Shown: piece by piece, positions 56,504 to 64,000 of the stretch
How the letters are laid out: each line of letters opens with the position of its first letter
How positions within the stretch are numbered: the stretch's first letter is position 1
Notes under the pieces: model-generated
The model's database searches: none
What the model was told of the DNA's origin: nothing
Seen by the model: only the letters and a program-made list of their open reading frames with translations
Source of the DNA: Longimicrobiales bacterium
GTDB lineage: Bacteria; Gemmatimonadota; Gemmatimonadetes; Longimicrobiales; Gaopeijiaceae
NCBI GenBank assembly: GCA_965116905.1
Contig: OZ220732.1
Coordinates: forward strand, 1,632,001 to 1,696,000
DNA: 64,000 nt
Direction: 5' to 3'
Program-made: the position numbers and the translations under genes

Positions 56504-57577
56504 ATGGGCCGGGTAACCCGCCGCCTGCCAGGGATTGCCAGCGCCCCCGGCGTCCTGGCCCTGGCCCTGCTGTGGGCCTGCGGCGGTGGAGGCGGCCAGA
56601 TGACCACGCCGACCGACACGCCCACACCGGTTGCTCCGCCTGCGCGACCCGTGCCGTGCACGTTCGCGAATTCGACGTGTGCGGAGCGAGTCGAGATCGG
56701 AAGCGGGCTCTACCTGCCGGTATTCAGCACGCATCTCCTGTCCGAGGGGCATGAAGGGGTGACGAGGGCGCTCGTCGTCGTGCACGGCAACAACCGCAAC
56801 GCGGACACCTACTTCGAGAGCGGCTTCATGGCGGCCGCCGAGGCCGGTTTCGGGCCCACCACCGTGGTCGTCTCACCGCATTTTCAGACGGATGATGACG
56901 GTCCGGAGTCGGACGAGCCGTTCTGGTCCAGCCCGGGATGGAAGCGCGGGAACCTGTCCCGGCCCGAGGGCCCGACGCCCCGTGTCAGCTCGTATGCAGC
57001 GCTGGAAACGGTCGTCGAGCAGCTGCTGGACGCGAATCGCTTCCCGGCGGTGCGGGAGGTGACGGTCACGGGACACTCGGCCGGGGGGCAGGTACTCCAC
57101 CGCTTTGCCGCATCAAGCCTCGTGGAGGAGGGCGCGCGCGATGGCGTGACCTTCCGCTACGTGGTAGCGAATCCGTCGACCTACCTCTACCTGGGCCCTC
57201 AGCGGCTGGACGCGAACGGCGGGTTCACCGTCCCCGGCGGCCGATGCGAAGACTACGACGAGTGGCACTACGGCTTGCAGGACCGCAACACCTACGCCAC
57301 ACGCCTCGAAGCCGACACCATTCGCGCGCTGCTGACCCGCCGGGACGTGCGCATCCTGGTCGGTGACGCGGACACGCTCAGCGCGTCGCTCGATGTGAGC
57401 TGCGGAGCCAACCTGCAGGGCCCGAACCGCTATCTGCGCGGCCTGACCCTCGTGCGCTTCATGGATGCCCTGTACGAAGACAACGCCCACGTGCAGATGG
57501 TCGTGCCGGGCGTGGGTCACTCCAGCCGGTCGATGTGGCTCTCGGAGGTGGGAAAGAACGCGCTTTTCGGCAGCTGA
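56504..57577 (+). CDS. Alpha/beta-hydrolase-fold lipoprotein
   Basis: Lipobox LWAC; VVHGNNRNA; GHSAGGQ; VANPSTYLY; VPGVGH. Confidence 0.8.
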   Translation: MGRVTRRLPGIASAPGVLALALLWACGGGGGQMTTPTDTPTPVAPPARPVPCTFANSTCAERVEIGSGLYLPVFSTHLLSEGHEGVTRALVVVHGNNRNADTYFESGFMAAAEAGFGPTTVVVSPHFQTDDDGPESDEPFWSSPGWKRGNLSRPEGPTPRVSSYAALETVVEQLLDANRFPAVREVTVTGHSAGGQVLHRFAASSLVEEGARDGVTFRYVVANPSTYLYLGPQRLDANGGFTVPGGRCEDYDEWHYGLQDRNTYATRLEADTIRALLTRRDVRILVGDADTLSASLDVSCGANLQGPNRYLRGLTLVRFMDALYEDNAHVQMVVPGVGHSSRSMWLSEVGKNALFGS

Positions 57578-57803
57578 GGCCGGCGCCATTCCCTGCGGTC
57601 GCCACCGCCCCGCGAGCGTGTCCGCGCCCCCAGCCGTGGAACCGCTGAACGCGCCCCGTGTAGACACCCGGCGGATTTCTCCGAGATTAGATAATACGGG
57701 TGAGGTCGGTAGCCGCATCCGATGAGCGGGCGCGCGCAGCCCGGCCTCGACAACCCGGGACCCCGCTCGCGGTGCCTCCCGGGTTTTCCAAAGGGTGTGC
57801 CAA

Positions 57804-60800
57804 ATGCGTGTATGGATGCCTTGGGTTGCGGCGGGTGTGGTCCTTCTTTCCCCAACCAGCGCGCAAGCGCAGCAGGCGCCCTTTGAGGATGGGGATGGTG
57901 AGAGGGTGGCGGGTGTGGAGGGGGGGCGACTCGGGAACGTTGCCGGGCGTGCCGGATCCGCCCGCGTGGCGAGCGTTAGGTCGATCACCACGGACGAGGA
58001 CCTCCCGGCGAACGGTAAGTTCACGGTCACGGTCCGGTTCTCGGGGAATGTCACCGGCTTCGATCTCGATGAGGTCGAAGTCACTCCCAATGGTTCGGTT
58101 TCGAATCTGCACGAAGTGAGCGCCGATGAGTACGACTTCGACGTCACACCCGATGACGACTACGACGGGCCCCTGACGGTCAGGATCAAGACCAACGCCG
58201 TGAACGAGGGCAACGCCGCGTACAGCGAGACCTTCGAAGTCGACACGATCGAGCCGGAGCTGGAGGATGCCACCGTGGACGGCGACGAACTCATCCTGAC
58301 CTACGACGAGCCCCTCGACGAGGACTCGGAACCGGGCACGGGGCGCTTCATCGTCCATGTAGGTACCGCCGATCACTTCCCCGACCGAGTCAGGGTCAGA
58401 GGCGACGAGGTGATCTTGACGCTTGACAATCCGGTCGACCGAGGCGACCGAGTACGGATTGACTACGAATATGGCTCGGGCGGACGCATCCAGGACATCG
58501 CGGGCAACGAGGCTGACGAACTCACCAACGAAAGCGTCACCAACAACACCACGGCCAGCAACCGCTATCCCAGCGCCCCCCGTGACCTCAGGGCCACCGC
58601 CGATGGGCAAACCGTCATCGAACTTGATTGGCGGGCGCCGGTCAGTGCGGGTACCGGCGGCACAATCATCGGTTATCGCATCGAGGAGTCGCGGGATGGG
58701 GGGACCTCGTGGAGGACGTTGGAGAGCGATACGGGGGATGACGACACGGACTACAGGCACACTGGTCTCTCGAAGGGTACAACCCGGCACTACCGCGTAT
58801 CAGCGTGGAACGACGAGGGCAGGGGGCCGGTATCCAACGAGGCCTCCGCGACCACGGACTCCGACGTGCCTGGTGCGCCCACGGGATTGACCGCAACCGC
58901 AAACGGACAAGACCGAATCGACCTCTCCTGGACGGCCCCGACCAACGAGGGTGATGGGATTACCGGTTATCGGATCGAAGCGCGGGAAGGCACAGGTGGT
59001 TCTTGGGACGACCATGTCGCCAACACGGGCCCGACGCAGACCACCTACTCCCACCGCAACCTCGATGCGGGCAGCAGGTGGTACTACCGCGTTTTAGCGA
59101 TCAGCTCAGCGGGTGACGGCCCCACATCCAACGTGGCCAACGCCACCACCGACATCGGCAGGCCGGGCCGGCCCCTGGCCCTCTCGGCGACCGCAGTGGG
59201 GCAGAACCGCATCCGGCTCGCGTGGTCGCCGCCAACCGACGACGGCGGTGCTTCGATTACGAGTTACCGGATCGAGGTTTCGCGGACGGGCACATCCGGT
59301 TGGCTCCTGGTGACCGCCAACCACCGGACGACGACCTACACGCACACGGGTCTCAGCCCCGGTAGCCGGCGTTTCTACCGGGTCGCGGCGGTCAACTCCC
59401 AGGGGGCGGGTCCGTTCTCGAGGGTCGCGAACGCCACCACCGCAGCCACGGTACCGAGTGCGCCGAGCAATCTGGTGGCCACCGCGCACGGCCGGACGCA
59501 GATCAACCTCTCGTGGCGAACTCCCATATCCAATGGCGGGGCGGATATATCCGGCTACCGAATCGAGGTTTCCTCGAACGGCGGAAACACCTGGACGACC
59601 CGCGTGGCCAACACGGGTAACAGTCTGACCAGGTACGAGCACAAGGGACTGAGCCCGGCCAGCACCCGGCACTATCGCGTCTACGCGATCAACTCGGCGG
59701 GCACGGGCCCGGCCTCGAATGTCGCCAACGCCACGACCGACGCCACCGTGCCCGGCGCGCCCCAGCGTCTCACCGCCACCGCCAACGGACAAAGCCGGAT
59801 CGACCTCACCTGGCAGGCGCCGACCAGCGATGGCGGTGCCGAGATCACCGGCTACCGGATCGAGTCCTCAAGCAACAAGACGAGCTGGAGGACGCTGCGC
59901 AGCAACCATCAGGGGACCTCGTTCTCCAACGTCGGCCTGGCCCCCGCCACGACCCGGCACTACCGGGTCTCCGCGGTCAACGTCGCCGGCACGGGCCCGC
60001 CTTCGAACATCGCGACCGCCACAACCGACGCGACCGTCCCGGGTCCGCCCACCGCGCTGTCGGCCACGGCTGACGGCACGTCGAAGATCGACCTGTCCTG
60101 GACCGCGCCGAGCTACGACGGGGGTGCGGCGCTGACGGGGTATCGCATCCAATCCGCGCCGAGCGGCAATGGGCCGTGGACCGATCTCGAGGCCAACACC
60201 GGCTCTACCGCGACCACGCATTCCGACACCGGCCTGGCGCCGGCGACCACCCGCTACTACCGGGTCTTCGCGATCAACTCCGTGGGCAGCGGAAGATCTT
60301 CCGGCGTCGTCCGGGCCACGACCGACGCCACCGTACCGGACGCGCCCACCGGCCTGGCCGCGACGGATGTCAGTCCGACGCAGATCGACCTTACGTGGAC
60401 CGCTCCCGGCTACAATGGCGGTGCACCCATCACCAGCTACAAGGTCGAGGTCTCGGCGGACGCCGGCAGCACCTGGGGCGTTCTCGTGCCCTCCACGGCC
60501 GCGACGGGCACCTCGTATTCACACATCGGACTGGAGCCGGGCAGCACGCGCCACTATCGGGTCTCGGCGACCAACGTCGCCGGGACGGGCTTGCCCTCCA
60601 ACGTCGCCAGCGCCAGCACGGACGATCCCGTGCAACGGGCCGGACGGGTCAACGCCGAGGTGTTGCCCCACGCGGTCGCGGCGTTGACGTCGAGCACGGT
60701 TTCGGCGATCAGCGGACGGATCGAGGCGGTGGCCGCGGGCGTTCCGTATGGACGGCAAGCGACCATGGGCCTGCTGGCTTCCGGGTTGAACGGGGCCGCC

Positions 60801-62024
60801 ATGGACCCGCGCGGTGGTGCGGCCGGCTTCGGCCCGGCCCGCGATTTGGGCATGGGTCAGCTGTTCGACGGCGCCTCCTTCCTGCTGCCTCTCGGCGGAA
60901 GCGGCACGCAGCAAGCGGCGGACGGCGGAATCCCGAACATCGCGGCGTGGGGCAGCGGCGAGTATCAGAACCTGTCGCGCAACCGCACCGGATCGGTCGA
61001 CTGGGATGGGAACATGTTGAACATGCACGTGGGCACCGACGTCCAGCTGCGCTGGGATGTCCTCGTGGGAGTTGCGGCGAGCCGGTCCGCCGGCGAGTTC
61101 GACTTCACGGACGAAACGGGGCCCAGCGACGTCGACGGCACCTACATGAGCGAGATGACCACCGTGAACCCCTACGCCGCGTGGTTCCTCGGCCGTGGCG
61201 GGGTGGTCGCGTGGGCGACCGGCGGCTTCGGGTGGGGCGACGTCGAAATCGAGGATGAACGCCAGGCCCTGCGCCGGAGCGGCACCACCATGATGAGCGG
61301 GGCGGTGGGCGCCAGCGGGATCCTCGTGTCGACGGGCTCCGCCAAGCTGCGTGTCCGGGCGGAAGGCTGGATGTCGCAGGCCGAGGTGGAAGGAAGCGCC
61401 GAGGTGGAGGCGATGTCCCTGGAGATGCGGAGGGGGCGTCTGGCCCTGGAATGGCAGCAGGGGTATCGGTTCCGGGGACACGAGGTCTCGGCCGTCGTGG
61501 AGGGCGGCCTGCGCTACGACGACGGCAACGCGGGCAACGGTGAAGGCGCCGAGGTCGGGGGTGGCCTCCGGTACGTGAGCCCGAGGTCACGGCTGATCGT
61601 CGAGGGTCGGGGACGGGTGCTCGCGACCGGGCACTTCGGCTACGAGGAGTGGGGTGTCAGCGGCATGGTCCAGTTCGACATGCACCGCCGCGGCGATGGA
61701 TTCTCGATGCGGCTGGCGCCCGCCTGGGGTGACGCGTCGAGCGGCGTGCAGCAGCTGTGGGACCGCGGCGTGACCGACCGGCTCGGCACCGGCGCACTCG
61801 CCAGGGCCCGCATGGACGCCGAGGTCGAATACGGACTTCCTGACTTCGGCGGCACGCCATACGGCCGGCTCTACCTGCTGGATGGCGGCGACCGTGCGTT
61901 CGGAACGGGCGTGCGCTACGAAATCAGCCGCGTCATGAACATGCGCCTCGAGGCGACGCGGAGGGAAAGCGTCCTCAACGGGGCACGGCACGGGCTCACC
62001 CTCAGAGGCCAGTTGAAGTTCTAG
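57804..62024 (+). CDS. Large surface protein: Ig-like, SwmB-like and seven fibronectin type III repeats, then an autotransporter-like beta-barrel
   Basis: Signal peptide; seven PxAPxxLxATxxGxxxIxLxW...GYRIE...YRVxAxN units; C-terminal barrel strands ending in Phe. Confidence 0.85.
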   Translation: MRVWMPWVAAGVVLLSPTSAQAQQAPFEDGDGERVAGVEGGRLGNVAGRAGSARVASVRSITTDEDLPANGKFTVTVRFSGNVTGFDLDEVEVTPNGSVSNLHEVSADEYDFDVTPDDDYDGPLTVRIKTNAVNEGNAAYSETFEVDTIEPELEDATVDGDELILTYDEPLDEDSEPGTGRFIVHVGTADHFPDRVRVRGDEVILTLDNPVDRGDRVRIDYEYGSGGRIQDIAGNEADELTNESVTNNTTASNRYPSAPRDLRATADGQTVIELDWRAPVSAGTGGTIIGYRIEESRDGGTSWRTLESDTGDDDTDYRHTGLSKGTTRHYRVSAWNDEGRGPVSNEASATTDSDVPGAPTGLTATANGQDRIDLSWTAPTNEGDGITGYRIEAREGTGGSWDDHVANTGPTQTTYSHRNLDAGSRWYYRVLAISSAGDGPTSNVANATTDIGRPGRPLALSATAVGQNRIRLAWSPPTDDGGASITSYRIEVSRTGTSGWLLVTANHRTTTYTHTGLSPGSRRFYRVAAVNSQGAGPFSRVANATTAATVPSAPSNLVATAHGRTQINLSWRTPISNGGADISGYRIEVSSNGGNTWTTRVANTGNSLTRYEHKGLSPASTRHYRVYAINSAGTGPASNVANATTDATVPGAPQRLTATANGQSRIDLTWQAPTSDGGAEITGYRIESSSNKTSWRTLRSNHQGTSFSNVGLAPATTRHYRVSAVNVAGTGPPSNIATATTDATVPGPPTALSATADGTSKIDLSWTAPSYDGGAALTGYRIQSAPSGNGPWTDLEANTGSTATTHSDTGLAPATTRYYRVFAINSVGSGRSSGVVRATTDATVPDAPTGLAATDVSPTQIDLTWTAPGYNGGAPITSYKVEVSADAGSTWGVLVPSTAATGTSYSHIGLEPGSTRHYRVSATNVAGTGLPSNVASASTDDPVQRAGRVNAEVLPHAVAALTSSTVSAISGRIEAVAAGVPYGRQATMGLLASGLNGAAMDPRGGAAGFGPARDLGMGQLFDGASFLLPLGGSGTQQAADGGIPNIAAWGSGEYQNLSRNRTGSVDWDGNMLNMHVGTDVQLRWDVLVGVAASRSAGEFDFTDETGPSDVDGTYMSEMTTVNPYAAWFLGRGGVVAWATGGFGWGDVEIEDERQALRRSGTTMMSGAVGASGILVSTGSAKLRVRAEGWMSQAEVEGSAEVEAMSLEMRRGRLALEWQQGYRFRGHEVSAVVEGGLRYDDGNAGNGEGAEVGGGLRYVSPRSRLIVEGRGRVLATGHFGYEEWGVSGMVQFDMHRRGDGFSMRLAPAWGDASSGVQQLWDRGVTDRLGTGALARARMDAEVEYGLPDFGGTPYGRLYLLDGGDRAFGTGVRYEISRVMNMRLEATRRESVLNGARHGLTLRGQLKF

Positions 62025-62081
62025 CCAGATTATCTGGCCAGATCTGCAGCCAGATTTGCGGTCCGCCCGCTGGCGCCCCGC

Positions 62082-64000
62082 TCAGTTTCCGGGGCGCCAG
62101 CGGCTGACCGGCAGCGTGTCCGTCTTCATGATGTCGTCGTTGACCCAATAGTACGGTCCGAAGGGCCGGGGCGCGGGCCAGACTTCGTCCATGGTGGCCG
62201 CGTCGTACACGACTCCGTCCTTCATCACGAGATCGATGTCCAGCGTGTTCTCGATGTCGTCGAGCGGATTCGATCCCAGCACCATCAGGTCCGCGTACTT
62301 GCCCGGCGCGAGGCTCCCGAGTTCCTCCTGAAGCCCGATCATGCGGGCCCCGTGCACGCTGGCCACCTCGAGGGCCCCCAGCGGTCCCAGCGCCTCGGCG
62401 TACATCCACACCTCCCAGTGCGAAGCCGGCCCGTGCTGCTGACCGTGTGACCCGATGCCACCGTAGCCGCCCGCGGCGATCACGTCGGCAAGTCCCTCGG
62501 CCACCAGGCTGAACCCGTAGTCGGTCTCCGGGCGCATCATGCGCCGGCGCGCGTGGGGGATCAGGTGGCGCCAGGGGAGCCAGCGCCGGCTCTTCTCGTC
62601 CAGCCAGGTGTCCTCGCGCTGGAAAAAGTACTCCTCGGCCCACGGAGACGATCCCCCCACGACAACGGTCGGCGAATAGTAGAAGCCTGCCTGCCCCAGG
62701 AACCGCGAGACATCCGAATAGATGGGGAACTGCACCAGCGCGTGTTCGAAGCCGGCGTGCCCGTCCATCACGAGCCCGATGTTGTGCGAGATGTCGAAGT
62801 TGCCCCCTTCGGAGGTGGCGATCATGCCGCGTTCCCGGGCCGCGTCCACCAGCCACTGCGCCCGCCGGCGATTGGGCTGGAGGTACTGCTTGATGCTCTC
62901 GGCCCCCCAGTTCTGCAGCCGCGCGGCCTGATGATCCGCGTCCTCGCGCGAGACCACGTCGGCCTTCCAGGGGGTGTCGCCCGCGGTCAGGGTTTCGCCG
63001 GTTGCGTAGATGCGCGGCCCGATCATCGCGCGCGCCTGGACCAGATCCTTCGTGCTCCACGTGTTGACTGACCATGCGGCCGGGTCTCGCGTCGTGGTCA
63101 CGCCGTACGCCAGGTATGCGGCGTGCTCGAAGCCCCGCTCCGGCAGGAGTCCGGCGGACTGCCGGTTGTGGTGCCCGTGCACGTCGATCCACCCTGGAAT
63201 GACGGTCTTGCCGGTGCCGTCGATGGTATGGTCGGCGCCGGAGGTGTCGCATGATCCGACACACACGATGCGCCCCTGCGCCGTGACCACGTCGGCCCCT
63301 TCGATCACCCCGGCTTCGTCGAGGGTGACGACGCGCGCGTTCGTGATGGCCACGGACCCCTCGGGGACATTCCGGGGGACGGTGAGGCGGAGGTCGGCGG
63401 ACGATGTCTCGCCGCTGGCCAGGTCATGGGTGGTGTACCGGGCGCCGCCGCTCCCGAACTCCAGCGTCGAGGCATCGCGCCAGCGCGGGAAGAGTCCGCC
63501 TTCGGTCGTCAATCGCGTGACGGGCAGGCTGCCGGCGTTGCGCGAAATCGCCGGCACCGCGTCCGAGGAGCGTGCCGACGGCAAGGGCGCCACGAAGACG
63601 TCGCCGACCGTGACGAAGGCCACGTGCGTGGCATCCGGAGACGCCACCGCCTCGACCGATGCCGGCAGGCGGACGTGTTCCCGGCGGTCCGCGCCGTCGG
63701 CGGTCACGGAAACGAGCGTGCCGCCGCCCACGAAATAGATGCGCCCGTCATCGCCCCAGCTGGCCAGCGGCGCCAATGCGCCCATCTCGCGGGGGACCCT
63801 CACGACCGCCGTGCCGCCGGCCGGACCCGCCTGCGCGCCGCCACCACCACCCCCGGCCGCCCGGAACCGCACCAGTTCGTGCCACGGATTGTCCTCCGGC
63901 GTGCGCCCGCGCGCTGTGGCCCCCGCGCTCCGCGCCACGAGGATTTCGCTGCCGTCCGGACTCCACACCGGGTTCATGTACTCGGCTGGGCGGTCGGAGA
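62082..64000 (-). CDS. Amidohydrolase with N-terminal PD40/TolB-like beta-propeller (5'-truncated)
   Basis: Frame is open to the window end; PVWSPDG, ASPDA; IPGWIDVHGH, YGVTTTRDP, GSHGQ, GSLAPGKYADL. Confidence 0.88.
   Translation of the reverse strand, partial: SDRPAEYMNPVWSPDGSEILVARSAGATARGRTPEDNPWHELVRFRAAGGGGGGAQAGPAGGTAVVRVPREMGALAPLASWGDDGRIYFVGGGTLVSVTADGADRREHVRLPASVEAVASPDATHVAFVTVGDVFVAPLPSARSSDAVPAISRNAGSLPVTRLTTEGGLFPRWRDASTLEFGSGGARYTTHDLASGETSSADLRLTVPRNVPEGSVAITNARVVTLDEAGVIEGADVVTAQGRIVCVGSCDTSGADHTIDGTGKTVIPGWIDVHGHHNRQSAGLLPERGFEHAAYLAYGVTTTRDPAAWSVNTWSTKDLVQARAMIGPRIYATGETLTAGDTPWKADVVSREDADHQAARLQNWGAESIKQYLQPNRRRAQWLVDAARERGMIATSEGGNFDISHNIGLVMDGHAGFEHALVQFPIYSDVSRFLGQAGFYYSPTVVVGGSSPWAEEYFFQREDTWLDEKSRRWLPWRHLIPHARRRMMRPETDYGFSLVAEGLADVIAAGGYGGIGSHGQQHGPASHWEVWMYAEALGPLGALEVASVHGARMIGLQEELGSLAPGKYADLMVLGSNPLDDIENTLDIDLVMKDGVVYDAATMDEVWPAPRPFGPYYWVNDDIMKTDTLPVSRWRPGN

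Noticed and set aside
57578..57803. Riboswitch (for example c-di-GMP) upstream of the FN3 adhesin
   Set aside because: GC-rich pairing is possible, but I could not match any conserved aptamer motif by eye; an Rfam/Infernal scan would settle it.

Overview
High-GC bacterial chromosomal window. The gene content suggests a Gemmatimonadota-like, possibly host-associated organism, but this is an inference only. About 50 protein genes and one tRNA-Lys(UUU) can be supported. Housekeeping genes (accA, ricT, trpS, purA, ffh-rpsP-rimM-trmD-rplS-rnhB) are interleaved with many exported hydrolases, a polyamine-type ABC transporter and two large adhesin-like surface proteins (cadherin/Ig repeats; 7x FN3). 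Defence-like or accessory modules include two AAA+/DUF4143 ATPases, Fic, Phd-VapC, HEPN-MNT and an antitoxin remnant. The most notable unannotated signals are non-coding or sub-threshold: (1) paralog-specific arrays with a 23-bp period beside both AAA+/DUF4143 genes, on both sides of the second gene; (2) a 38-aa Cys-rich leader ORF with complete 1:2/2:3/3:4 attenuator geometry upstream of an ATP-grasp ligase; (3) a palindrome upstream of fic that recurs as an orphan 22 kb away; (4) a CTAG-bounded 253-bp MITE-like element; (5) a probable ATA start codon overlapping the trpS stop. All family calls come from motif recognition by eye; no database searches were run.
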